Source: a virus. Taken from it: a stretch of 64,000 nucleotides of DNA. Position numbers and translations under genes: made by a program. The stretch covers positions 32,001 through 96,000 of IMG/VR virus record IMGVR_UViG_3300033273_000658; one strand, 5' to 3'. Below the pieces are notes generated by a model. The model made no database searches, was not told where the DNA came from, and saw only the letters and a program-made list of their open reading frames with translations. This document shows positions 49,883-57,827 of the stretch, in pieces. Numbering within the stretch: position 1 is the stretch's first letter; every line of letters starts with the position of its first letter.

Positions 49883-50067
49883 TAGAAGACATGGGAAAGA
49901 TGGGAATCATTACTAAAGTCATTACTAGTGGAACACTTAAAACAGATAACGAATTGATTAAGTGGAGAAACAATTATGAAATCTTTTATTCTGATGGAAC
50001 GATAGCAATACTTGGTGAAGCTACACTTCACAGACTTATAGAAAAGGGAGATGTTAAGATCTTATGA
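49855..50067 (+). CDS. SH3/KOW-like family protein
   Basis: IKVGTLIED.GKMGIITKV...YEIFYSDG. Confidence 0.6.
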   Translation: MEKIKVGTLIEDMGKMGIITKVITSGTLKTDNELIKWRNNYEIFYSDGTIAILGEATLHRLIEKGDVKIL

Positions 50068-50077
50068 CCTACTACTA

Positions 50078-50104
50078 CCCTACTACCCCCCTACCCCCCT
50101 CCCC
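50078..50104 (-). other. G-quadruplex-forming motif G4-A-G6-TA-G6-TAGTA-G3
   Basis: + strand reads CCC TACTA CCCCCC TA CCCCCC T CCCC; intergenic in an AT-rich genome. Confidence 0.7.
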
Positions 50105-50141
50105 TACGGGGATGGTACGGGTGTATCCGGGGGTATCATGA

Positions 50142-50405
50142 ATGGATTCAATGGATGTAAAATTGCCAACTGAAAAACAAGACTTAATTAGATTATACAT
50201 TTATGTTAACCAAAGAATAAATGAGATCTGGAAAGAGTATGTTGTACACACCAATCTTAAATACGTTTCTGCAACAACAAAGATCTTTGCAATTATTTTT
50301 TGTGAAATGGATTTCTATGAATCTGTTCTAGCTAGAATAAGAGTTCATCTTTCCGAAGATGACATGCAAGAAATGAGAAAGCACGATGCAATTTGGGACT
50401 GGTGA
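50142..50405 (+). CDS. Hypothetical protein
   Basis: 87 aa ORF. Confidence 0.5.
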   Translation: MDSMDVKLPTEKQDLIRLYIYVNQRINEIWKEYVVHTNLKYVSATTKIFAIIFCEMDFYESVLARIRVHLSEDDMQEMRKHDAIWDW

Positions 50406-50580
50406 GCTTGTGTATTTTGAAGACCTTGATGGTCAAATTTACCTGTCTGTTATTCTTGCTGATGGGGTTTCTGGATACGGTGGAGATACGAGAATAATTT
50501 ATGTTATCTACTCAATCGCAAATCGATCCACTTGGTTGGCTTATGAGTCTGAGCTGACTCTAGCCAAAAACTTTACATAA
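50386..50580 (+). CDS. SH3/KOW-like family protein
   Basis: FGTGELVYF...WLAYESEL. Confidence 0.55.
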   Translation: MQFGTGELVYFEDLDGQIYLSVILADGVSGYGGDTRIIYVIYSIANRSTWLAYESELTLAKNFT

Positions 50581-50982
50581 CTTTTTTTATCTAAGTTACA
50601 TAAAATTTTAACAAACTTCATAAAACATGTCAAACTTTTTATGTAACTTTCTTAAAATTGTCTCTTGCAAGAATCATGCCAAAAATGTTTTACATAACTC
50701 AGACACTGAAATCGTGGCTGCAACTACCTTTAAGGTTGTTTTTGGATCATTGCAAGAACCATGCCAAACTTTTTTTACATAACTTTGAACCATTTTAAGC
50801 AAGTTACATAAAATTTTAACAAACTTCATAAAATGACTTGCAAGAATCGTGCCAATTTTTATTTACATAACTCAGGCATCGAAAACAGCTCTACGAGCTT
50901 CCAAAGGCCAGATCGCTTAACTTTACTATGAAGTTACATAAAATTTTAACAAACTTCATAAACTTTAACAAACTTCATAAAA
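50561..50982. repeat. Composite non-coding repeat region
   Basis: Repeat A (AAGTTACATAAAATTTTAACAAACTTCATAAA) at 50593, 50801 and 50931; repeat B (TTGCAAGAAYCRTGCCAA-N8-TACATAACT) at 50665, 50750 and 50838; eight TTACATAA boxes, one inverted at 50639. Confidence 0.92.
50665..50855 (-). promoter_or_regulatory. Three tandem sigma-54 (-24/-12) promoter consensus sites
   Basis: Minus strand reads TTGGCATGATTCTTGCAA, TTGGCATGGTTCTTGCAA and TTGGCACGATTCTTGCAA, each with GG-N10-GC spacing. Confidence 0.7.
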
Positions 50983-51057
50983 AAAGTGAAGAAAAAGTTT
51001 GACAAGGTTATTTTGCTGGGTTAATGAATATTCTGCAACACAAAACATGGAGACAAC

Positions 51058-51216
51058 ATGAAAGTTGGTGACTTGGTAAAGAATAAATACAACAACAAAG
51101 TTGGGATAATAATCTCACATAGTGGACGGCCACACCGTATACTTGGTGTAATGTACAGTGTGTGGATAGATGGACTTGATGTGCTATTACACGAATCAGA
51201 CTTGGAGGTATTATGA
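51058..51216 (+). CDS. Microprotein cassette 1 (52 aa, MKVGDLV...LEVL)
   Basis: Translated by hand; GGAG RBS. Confidence 0.8.
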   Translation: MKVGDLVKNKYNNKVGIIISHSGRPHRILGVMYSVWIDGLDVLLHESDLEVL

Positions 51217-51368
51217 TAGGTAGACTTGTGCGTTGCAAATATACAAATGAAATAGGAATAGTGTTGCGTAGGGAAATAACACGCAGAGGAAACTTTCGCT
51301 ACCATGTGTTTATTGGTGGCCATACAGAAAGTTTTCTTCCACATTTCTTGGAGGTGATAGATGAATAA
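51213..51368 (+). CDS. Microprotein cassette 2 (51 aa, MIGRLV...LEVIDE)
   Basis: ATGA overlap and GGAGG RBS. Confidence 0.8.
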   Translation: MIGRLVRCKYTNEIGIVLRREITRRGNFRYHVFIGGHTESFLPHFLEVIDE

Positions 51369-51531
51369 AGGTGACTTGGTACGGATAAGACATAACGAAC
51401 ATCAAGGGCTATTCATCCTCATGGAAAAATGTTCGGCTGGTAGCCAGTTCGTGAGACTATATTCTTTGAAATACAACCGCGTATGTTTTGATATGATACG
51501 CTCATTAGAGGTGATAAATGCAGAAAGGTGA
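51361..51531 (+). CDS. Microprotein cassette 3 (56 aa, MNKGDLV...LEVINAER)
   Basis: Junction repeat. Confidence 0.8.
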   Translation: MNKGDLVRIRHNEHQGLFILMEKCSAGSQFVRLYSLKYNRVCFDMIRSLEVINAER

Positions 51532-51667
51532 TTTAGTTAGATGTATATACACTGATGAACTATTGGTCATAACTTCGGAAGAAGTTGACGGCTATTTTGA
51601 TGTGTATGCAGTTGGAAATGGAAACATGTGGCTTATGCCCAAAGAACATTTAGAGGTGATAAAATGA
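51518..51667 (+). CDS. Microprotein cassette 4 (49 aa, MQKGDLV...LEVIK)
   Basis: Junction repeat. Confidence 0.8.
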   Translation: MQKGDLVRCIYTDELLVITSEEVDGYFDVYAVGNGNMWLMPKEHLEVIK

Positions 51668-51849
51668 AAGTAGGTGATTTAAGAGTATTTAAGCCTTGTA
51701 GTTTCTATGCAAACAACATGTTTGTTGTCACACAAGTAGACGATATGGACTGCTCAATAACAATAAGAATAATAAAGACAGGAGAAGTGGAATGTTGGGA
51801 TCGAATAATACTTCTTCACGACAGTAAATCCGTATCGGTCAAAAAATAA
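51664..51849 (+). CDS. Microprotein cassette 5 (61 aa, MKVGDLR)
   Basis: Junction repeat. Confidence 0.8.
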   Translation: MKVGDLRVFKPCSFYANNMFVVTQVDDMDCSITIRIIKTGEVECWDRIILLHDSKSVSVKK

Positions 51850-51916
51850 ACTTTTTTCTTGACAAAATAATTGCAACACATTAAGCTATAATTGCCAATC
51901 AAAACATGGAGACAAA
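51850..51916 (+). promoter_or_regulatory. Repeated early-promoter cassette. The -35 boxes lie at 51859, 53166, 55598, 57071, 58320, 59771 and 60465, with variants at 50999, 54417, 60841 and 62768.
   Basis: TTTTTTC-TTGACA-AAATAATT..AA.CCTA-TAAG(G/C)T-ATAAA...C/A-rich leader-(C/T)GGAG with a 17 nt spacer. Confidence 0.85.
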
Positions 51917-52660
51917 ATGAACATAGAAAAAACAAAAGAGATTCTGCTAGGAAGAATAAACAAACTGACAGAAGAAGAAAGAGAGTGGATGTACGAAAAC
52001 AATAGAGCATGGTATAACAAATACCTTTTTGATAGTCCGTACCAAAAAGAAGAATACTCCAACTTACAATGGGAAGCTATGTGGCTATGGTCATCCTTTG
52101 GCCAAGACTACCTTCGCAATAAGTCTTTGGCAAAGAAATTTCTATCTTCGGAGAAGAAGATGAATCAAGTCATGGATATGATGCAAGACCGCAAGAAGTG
52201 GTATAATACTCGTGTCGATGAAATAAAGCAGCTACATGCGACTGGTAAGCTCACACAAGAGATTATGGCTTTCTTCATAAGCATGTTTCGCAAAGAAAAC
52301 TTCAATGTCTTTGAGAGCTATGTTAAAGACCCAATCTTTGACACTGGTGCAATTGTGCAGTTTCGCTCCAACATTGGTGTAGACGCAGTTCTTCAAGAAC
52401 ATAAGTATAGTGGTGGCACACAGTATTACGGAGCGAATCATAGTACAATGCGAGAACTTAAGCAAAAGACCATGATGGTGCTGGGTGAAAGTCCACCGTT
52501 GGGCGGCAAGATTTATGCTAGTGCCTATTCTCATAAAGAGAAACAAGGTGGTTCACGCTTGTATCGTGTTCTTCCTATCGGAGACACAAAAGTGTATATT
52601 GTTGTGGAGAAGTTCCTTAAGAAGTGTAGAACAAAGGCAGTGAAAGATGCAAAGAAGTGA
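51917..52660 (+). CDS. Hypothetical protein with C-terminal SH3-like domain
   Basis: 247 aa; FDTGAIVQF...YRVLPIG...EKFLKK. Confidence 0.7.
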   Translation: MNIEKTKEILLGRINKLTEEEREWMYENNRAWYNKYLFDSPYQKEEYSNLQWEAMWLWSSFGQDYLRNKSLAKKFLSSEKKMNQVMDMMQDRKKWYNTRVDEIKQLHATGKLTQEIMAFFISMFRKENFNVFESYVKDPIFDTGAIVQFRSNIGVDAVLQEHKYSGGTQYYGANHSTMRELKQKTMMVLGESPPLGGKIYASAYSHKEKQGGSRLYRVLPIGDTKVYIVVEKFLKKCRTKAVKDAKK

Positions 52661-52841
52661 TTTCAAGAAAGGCGATCTGTTCAGATACAATAAAGGTATG
52701 TCTATCCATGATGACGTTCATGGGCTTATAGGCATTGTGCTTGCTCCAATCAATCAGTTTGGACAATACAAAGTGCAAGTAGCGCACAAAACATTGTGGG
52801 TTCCTTTTTGTTCCTTGGAGGTGTTAGATGAAGAAAGGTGA
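52647..52841 (+). CDS. Microprotein cassette 6 (64 aa, FKKGDLF...LEVL)
   Basis: Family motifs. Confidence 0.75.
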   Translation: MQRSDFKKGDLFRYNKGMSIHDDVHGLIGIVLAPINQFGQYKVQVAHKTLWVPFCSLEVLDEER

Positions 52842-52992
52842 TGTGGTAATACCAGTCAGTAAAGATTTAGATAAGACACCTATGATCTACATGGGAATAG
52901 GTTTGTGGACTGGGTGGATACGCGTGTATTGTCCAGCAGATGGACAGATAATACAGGTTAGAAAAACATTCGTACAAAAGGTGGAAGTATGA
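52828..52992 (+). CDS. Microprotein cassette 7 (54 aa, MKKGDVV)
   Basis: Junction repeat. Confidence 0.75.
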   Translation: MKKGDVVIPVSKDLDKTPMIYMGIGLWTGWIRVYCPADGQIIQVRKTFVQKVEV

Positions 52993-53156
52993 AAGTAGGT
53001 GATCTGGTACAGATGAAAGACACACGCTACCACAAAGAGATAGGTGTGGTCATAAAAACTTTTTTCCATGGCGATTGGCGAATAGAGGTTCATTGGGCTG
53101 ATGGTCGTGTGTTGTGGGAATCAAAGCTGGACTTAATACCTGTTGAAAAAACTTAG
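52989..53156 (+). CDS. Microprotein cassette 8 (55 aa, MKVGDLV...EVHWADG)
   Basis: ATGA overlap; family motifs. Confidence 0.8.
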   Translation: MKVGDLVQMKDTRYHKEIGVVIKTFFHGDWRIEVHWADGRVLWESKLDLIPVEKT

Positions 53157-53224
53157 AATTTTTTCTTGACAAGATTTGCTCAATCAGATAAGGTATAAAT
53201 ATAACATCAAAACATGGAGGCAAC

Positions 53225-53578
53225 ATGGCTTACATCAAACCAAAAATGAATGTGTTCTTCGCCAATGGTGGCAAGGCAATAACGGCAGTCATAGACAAGA
53301 TTGCATTTCGCAAGTACATGACAAAACCATACAAAGATCCAAAGACAGGTGAAACCAAACGTAGACAGAAGTCTATGCCGTTCGCAGTGTGTCGTGTGAT
53401 TCTATCTCTTGATCCATCGGTGAATGTGAATGAGACATTCCTTATCGCTGGTTATCAGCTTGAAAATGTAGTTATCAAGAATGAGAAGATGCTCACATTC
53501 AAAAGCGACTACGTTGCAGAGTATGCAAAAGACTATGGTAACGAATGGGTTAGGAGAATAATCAATGAAGATAGGTGA
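53225..53578 (+). CDS. Hypothetical basic protein
   Basis: 117 aa; follows a promoter cassette. Confidence 0.7.
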   Translation: MAYIKPKMNVFFANGGKAITAVIDKIAFRKYMTKPYKDPKTGETKRRQKSMPFAVCRVILSLDPSVNVNETFLIAGYQLENVVIKNEKMLTFKSDYVAEYAKDYGNEWVRRIINEDR

Positions 53579-53741
53579 TTTAGTAAAATGTATAGAAACA
53601 GACTACGGAATAGGTATAATCACAATGAAAAGACCTTTTGGTGGTTTTATAGTGTGTTTTCCAAACTCAAAGTTAAAACATAGCGACAAGTGTATTGGTT
53701 TATCAAGAGGAAACTTGGAGGTGATCAATGAAAAAAGGTAG
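53565..53741 (+). CDS. Microprotein cassette 9 (58 aa, MKIGDLV...LEVINEKR)
   Basis: Junction repeat. Confidence 0.8.
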   Translation: MKIGDLVKCIETDYGIGIITMKRPFGGFIVCFPNSKLKHSDKCIGLSRGNLEVINEKR

Positions 53742-53895
53742 TTTAGTGAGAATAAAACATTCAGCAGATATGAAACTCATAGGCACATTCGGTATTGTTT
53801 TGGGAGATTTGCAACATGGTCATATCATGATAAAGCGTTTTGTGGATGGTCGTAGAGATACCTATCATCAATCTAGATTGGAGCTGATAGCATGA
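53728..53895 (+). CDS. Microprotein cassette 10 (55 aa, MKKGSLV...LELIA)
   Basis: Junction repeat. Confidence 0.8.
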   Translation: MKKGSLVRIKHSADMKLIGTFGIVLGDLQHGHIMIKRFVDGRRDTYHQSRLELIA

Positions 53896-54077
53896 AGATA
53901 GGTGATTTAGTTAGGGTAAACAGTGTTTTCTCTTGGGAACATCAAAAATACTTAGGCAAGATAGGTGTATTGAGGCGCAAAGCAGTAGGTACGGATAGTG
54001 TTTGGCTTGTGTACATAGATGGAAAAACATTATTATTAAGAGATGATAGATTAGAGGTGATAAATGAAAGTAGGTGA
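53892..54077 (+). CDS. Microprotein cassette 11 (61 aa)
   Basis: MKIGDLV...LEVINESR. Confidence 0.8.
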   Translation: MKIGDLVRVNSVFSWEHQKYLGKIGVLRRKAVGTDSVWLVYIDGKTLLLRDDRLEVINESR

Positions 54078-54288
54078 TTTAGTAAAGGTGTCCAACAAAG
54101 GGTTCACAGCGATAGGGTTCATCAAAAATATTATGAAAAGCCAGATGGGTGAATTTTTCATGGTACATTACCTTACCACCAATGGAGTCCCAAACTTTCG
54201 TGGATACACCAATGGTGGGCTGTGGTCAAAGAAGTATCTGCAATTATTAAAGGAGGTGGAAGATGAAAAAGATATTAGCAAGACATAG
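54064..54288 (+). CDS. Microprotein cassette 12 (74 aa)
   Basis: MKVGDLVKVSNKG; similar to the 57457 cassette. Confidence 0.8.
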   Translation: MKVGDLVKVSNKGFTAIGFIKNIMKSQMGEFFMVHYLTTNGVPNFRGYTNGGLWSKKYLQLLKEVEDEKDISKT

Positions 54289-54451
54289 AGACAAGGAAGT
54301 TTTCAATAAGATCGGCTTTGGAATAGTCACTGAGGATCTTGACGAGACAAAGTGCAAAGTGAAATGGCTGAAAAGCCAGTATGAAACTCTACAACTGAAA
54401 AATTACATCTTTTTGCTTGACGAACAGGCAGAGAACGGCTATATTGAATAG
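54263..54451 (+). CDS. Microprotein cassette 13 (62 aa), paralogue of 48553
   Basis: LARHR...GFGIVTED...KVKW. Confidence 0.7.
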   Translation: MKKILARHRDKEVFNKIGFGIVTEDLDETKCKVKWLKSQYETLQLKNYIFLLDEQAENGYIE

Positions 54452-54468
54452 ACACAACAGGAGACAAC

Positions 54469-54624
54469 ATGTTAGATACAATAGAGAAATGTTATTATGT
54501 GAGCAGTGATAGACTGCATGAGAGTAAACCAATGACTATGTTTCAAGCTTTACGGTTTGCAGATAGTTTAGAGAGACAAGGACACAAGAACGTGTTCTTT
54601 TACAAGGGGCAGTTAGCGATATGA
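54469..54624 (+). CDS. 51 aa hypothetical protein (MLDTIEKCYYV)
   Basis: Promoter at 54417 and AGGAG RBS. Confidence 0.65.
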   Translation: MLDTIEKCYYVSSDRLHESKPMTMFQALRFADSLERQGHKNVFFYKGQLAI

Positions 54625-54800
54625 AGATAGGTGACTTGGTAAAACTGGAATACAAAGGCGTAGATCTTGATGAGAAAGATAGATTGAAGATTGGTATTGT
54701 GGTCAACAATACCATCACAACTTTACAACTGGCCAAGGTTCTTTGGAGTAATGGCGATCAAACATGGTGTTTATGCGAGCAGTTAGAGGTGATAGCATGA
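54621..54800 (+). CDS. Microprotein cassette 14 (59 aa, MKIGDLV...LEVIA)
   Basis: Junction repeat. Confidence 0.8.
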   Translation: MKIGDLVKLEYKGVDLDEKDRLKIGIVVNNTITTLQLAKVLWSNGDQTWCLCEQLEVIA

Positions 54801-54976
54801 AAATAAAAGTAGGAAGTTTAGTACAGATACAAAACTTTGCAAAGTACAGTGGAATGATTGGGATTGTCATATACGTTTGTAGACGAGCAGGTTTTGTCGA
54901 TAGTTACGCAGTAAAGATCCCGAACACCACATACGAGTTAGGTGTGGCGAGAGAACAACTCAAGGCGTTAGCATGA
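54797..54976 (+). CDS. Microprotein cassette 15 (59 aa, MKIKVGSLV)
   Basis: Junction repeat. Confidence 0.8.
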   Translation: MKIKVGSLVQIQNFAKYSGMIGIVIYVCRRAGFVDSYAVKIPNTTYELGVAREQLKALA

Positions 54977-55128
54977 AAGTAGGTGATTTGGTTAAACACA
55001 TGGGGCATGGTCGCATTGGTGTTATTCTTAGAGATCTAGTTCCCAATGCTAGGGTTAAAAGGTATCTTGTTCATTGGGGTGACTATCAGTCATCACAAGT
55101 AGTATGGGCTTTGGAGGTGATAGCATGA
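54973..55128 (+). CDS. Microprotein cassette 16 (51 aa, MKVGDLV...LEVIA)
   Basis: Junction repeat. Confidence 0.8.
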   Translation: MKVGDLVKHMGHGRIGVILRDLVPNARVKRYLVHWGDYQSSQVVWALEVIA

Positions 55129-55304
55129 AGAAAGGTGATTTAGTAACGGAGAAGTGGCGCATGTGGCGAAACATAGGTATCGTCAAGAGAGTAGGCAAAG
55201 ACGGATATACAAAGGTTAAATGGATCTTGAAAGCAGATCCAGTAGCTGACGATCAGTTTACCAGTGTGTTCGTTGTAATAGGAGAGATCAATGAAAGTAG
55301 GTGA
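55125..55304 (+). CDS. Microprotein cassette 17 (59 aa, MKKGDLV)
   Basis: Junction repeat. Confidence 0.8.
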   Translation: MKKGDLVTEKWRMWRNIGIVKRVGKDGYTKVKWILKADPVADDQFTSVFVVIGEINESR

Positions 55305-55446
55305 TTTGGCAGAATATTATTTACGTCCAAAAAGCTGGGGCATTATTGTAGGGATAGATACCTTTGAGTATGAGATGTTTTGGATGGATGGAAGCCGTGG
55401 ATGGATCTCAAAACGATCAATGGTCAAGAAAAGAGGTGATCAATGA
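55291..55446 (+). CDS. Microprotein cassette 18 (51 aa, MKVGDLAE)
   Basis: Junction repeat; close duplicate of the next cassette. Confidence 0.8.
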   Translation: MKVGDLAEYYLRPKSWGIIVGIDTFEYEMFWMDGSRGWISKRSMVKKRGDQ

Positions 55447-55589
55447 AAGTAGGTGATTTAGCAGAACACCACATCAACTCTTGGTGTTGGGGTATTATTG
55501 TGGCGATGGATACCTTTGAGTATGAGGTGTTTTGGATGGACGGAGAACGCTCTTGGGTAAGAAAAGAAATCATGGTCAAAAAATTATAG
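55443..55589 (+). CDS. Microprotein cassette 19 (48 aa, MKVGDLAE)
   Basis: Shares WGIIV..DTFEYE.FWMDG with cassette 18. Confidence 0.8.
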   Translation: MKVGDLAEHHINSWCWGIIVAMDTFEYEVFWMDGERSWVRKEIMVKKL

Positions 55590-55655
55590 CTTTTTTCTTG
55601 ACAAAATAATTCCAATCCTATAAGGTATAAACATAACATCAAAACAGGAGACGAC

Positions 55656-56576
55656 ATGAAACTAGGTTACGCATGTATCAACAAAGGACTATCTGAACAG
55701 TCCATCAAAAACCGTATCACAACCAACCGTACATTTCGCAAGGCTACCTTTGAAGAGAAAGGTTTACCTCATGCGTCTGCTATCTTCTTACAGAACAGTA
55801 AAGACTTGCTTAAGATCCTCCAATGGAACGAGCAACACAACATCAAGTTCTTTCGCTTGTCCTCGCAGATTGTATCGTGGGCTACGGAGTATCAGCTCAC
55901 TGACTTGCCAGACTACGATCAGATTGAAGAAGTTCTTTTTGAGTGTGGTCTATTCATCGAAGAGCATGGTATGCGTGTCACATCACATCCCGATCACTTT
56001 GTCAAACTTGCGTCACCCAATGAGGATGTTGTTCGCAATTCTATTCGTGACTTGGAGATTCATGGTGAGATCTTTGATCTATTGTGCCTACCTCGTACCC
56101 ACTATGCCAAACTGAACATTCATGTTGGCGCGTCCTATGGTGACAAACCCAAGGCTATTGACAACTTTTGTCGTAACGTAGATAGACTATCCGATGCAGT
56201 ACGCTCTCGTTTGACCGTAGAGAATGATGATCGTGCCTCCTTGTACTCTACCCTAGACCTCATGGAAGTTTACAAGCGTGTCGGTACTCCCATCGTACAT
56301 GACCTACACCACCATGGGTTCTGCACTGGTGGTCTATCCAACCCCGATGCTCTTACACTTGCAGTGTCTACATGGGGCGATACTACCCCCGTGGTACACT
56401 ACTCCCAATCCCGTGCCATAGAACACAATGACACGTCCATCAAGGCACATGCACACTCAGACTCATACTGGACACCAGTGGATACATACGGACATGATGT
56501 GGATGTGATGCTTGAATGCAAGCACAAAGAGCTAGGTTTATTCAAGATGCGAGAACTATTAGGAAAAACTATTTAA
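55656..56576 (+). CDS. uvsE: UV damage endonuclease (UvsE/UVDE)
   Basis: LGYACIN, FFRLSS, SHPDHF, NIHVG, ENDD, DLHHH, HAHSD and MLECKHKE. Confidence 0.93.
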   Translation: MKLGYACINKGLSEQSIKNRITTNRTFRKATFEEKGLPHASAIFLQNSKDLLKILQWNEQHNIKFFRLSSQIVSWATEYQLTDLPDYDQIEEVLFECGLFIEEHGMRVTSHPDHFVKLASPNEDVVRNSIRDLEIHGEIFDLLCLPRTHYAKLNIHVGASYGDKPKAIDNFCRNVDRLSDAVRSRLTVENDDRASLYSTLDLMEVYKRVGTPIVHDLHHHGFCTGGLSNPDALTLAVSTWGDTTPVVHYSQSRAIEHNDTSIKAHAHSDSYWTPVDTYGHDVDVMLECKHKELGLFKMRELLGKTI

Positions 56577-56590
56577 CAAAGGAGACAACC

Positions 56591-56839
56591 ATGAAAACAG
56601 AAAGAGAACAAGCAATACAAAACCTTATGAAAATAATGCCTGACCATACTGACAGTGCGTTTATAGTTAAACAAGAGGGTGATGATAGTGGCTCGTACCT
56701 ATGTGTGTATGTAGAGCGCACAGAGACAGGTGCAGAGGTATGCAAGACCATCCCAACACCGTTTGAGGGATGGAGAGTGGTGCATGTGTGGTGTCCAGAT
56801 GGGTTCATCAAGCACATACTGGAGAGAACGAGAGAATGA
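56591..56839 (+). CDS. Hypothetical protein (82 aa)
   Basis: AAGGAG RBS. Confidence 0.65.
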   Translation: MKTEREQAIQNLMKIMPDHTDSAFIVKQEGDDSGSYLCVYVERTETGAEVCKTIPTPFEGWRVVHVWCPDGFIKHILERTRE

Positions 56840-57045
56840 AAATAGGCGATCTTGTTGTGTTATCGGCCAAAGGTGCGAAGTTAAAGCACAACCACAATTA
56901 TTATCGTGGCTTTGGAATTATTTTAGAGGTTTACCCAGCGAAAGGATACTATGACTTCGGTATACAGTGGTTTTGCGAGGGTAGATCCACACACAACAAG
57001 AGAGTTTGGTTTAAGAGATACGAGATAAAGAAATTAAAACCTTGA
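56836..57045 (+). CDS. Microprotein cassette 20 (69 aa, MKIGDLV)
   Basis: ATGA overlap; family motifs. Confidence 0.8.
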   Translation: MKIGDLVVLSAKGAKLKHNHNYYRGFGIILEVYPAKGYYDFGIQWFCEGRSTHNKRVWFKRYEIKKLKP

Positions 57046-57129
57046 TTATGAAAAAACTTCAATTTTTTTCTTGACAAAATAATTGTAACCCTATAAGCTA
57101 TAAACACCACACCGAACAACGGAGAAAAA

Positions 57130-57327
57130 ATGATTGGAAAACTAGTAAAACGAAAAGAAAAAAAACACCACAAGTTTTGGGGAGTAGGTATAGTTTTAGA
57201 TTACAGATCCACAGGAAGATTTTACCCCAGTACAGAACTGAAAGTGCATTGGGTTTCCTGTGAAATCGGTTCACAGATTTCTAGCATTGACATTGGGCTT
57301 GTGGAGTTTTTAGATGAAAGCAGGTAG
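57130..57327 (+). CDS. Microprotein cassette 21 (65 aa, MIGKLV)
   Basis: GIVLD...KVHW; follows a promoter cassette. Confidence 0.75.
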   Translation: MIGKLVKRKEKKHHKFWGVGIVLDYRSTGRFYPSTELKVHWVSCEIGSQISSIDIGLVEFLDESR

Positions 57328-57460
57328 TGTAGTAGAAAATACTTTTGGAGACATTGGTATCGTCATTCGACAGATAGGTGTCGCAGATAGGTGGCTCATT
57401 CAATGGGCTAGTGGAGAAGTTTACGGTATCAATGGATACCAACTAGAGGTGATAGCATGA
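57314..57460 (+). CDS. Microprotein cassette 22 (48 aa, MKAGSVV...LEVIA)
   Basis: Junction repeat. Confidence 0.8.
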   Translation: MKAGSVVENTFGDIGIVIRQIGVADRWLIQWASGEVYGINGYQLEVIA

Positions 57461-57651
57461 AGATAGGTGATTTAGTAAAAGTGACACACAAAGGTAATCG
57501 TACGATTGGATACATCAAAAAGTTTGGACGTTATGGGAAGAGTTATGTTATGGTCGTGTACTTGACTGGCTCTCATGTAGGCAAAGAGCGGTTCTTCTCA
57601 GAAAAAGAAGTCCTACCAATCAATCAACTCATTGGAGAGGAAAGAGCATGA
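57457..57651 (+). CDS. Microprotein cassette 23 (64 aa)
   Basis: MKIGDLVKVTHKG. Confidence 0.8.
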   Translation: MKIGDLVKVTHKGNRTIGYIKKFGRYGKSYVMVVYLTGSHVGKERFFSEKEVLPINQLIGEERA

Positions 57652-57827
57652 AGATAGGTGATTTAGTTATAGTAAAAGATGTTTTGGGCTACAACACGTA
57701 CATGCAGAACCTTGCCGGTCACATTGGTGTAATTGTCAAGGAAAGGTACAATGAGCATTGGGTGAAAGTCCACATACTAGGAAAAACAAAAAGGATCAGC
57801 ATATATGATTTGAAGGTGATAAAGTGA
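57648..57827 (+). CDS. Microprotein cassette 24 (59 aa, MKIGDLV...LKVIK)
   Basis: Junction repeat. Confidence 0.8.
   Translation: MKIGDLVIVKDVLGYNTYMQNLAGHIGVIVKERYNEHWVKVHILGKTKRISIYDLKVIK

Noticed and set aside
50561-50982. CRISPR array
   Set aside because: Two interleaved repeat types, irregular spacing, 'spacers' that contain other repeats, and no cas genes in the window
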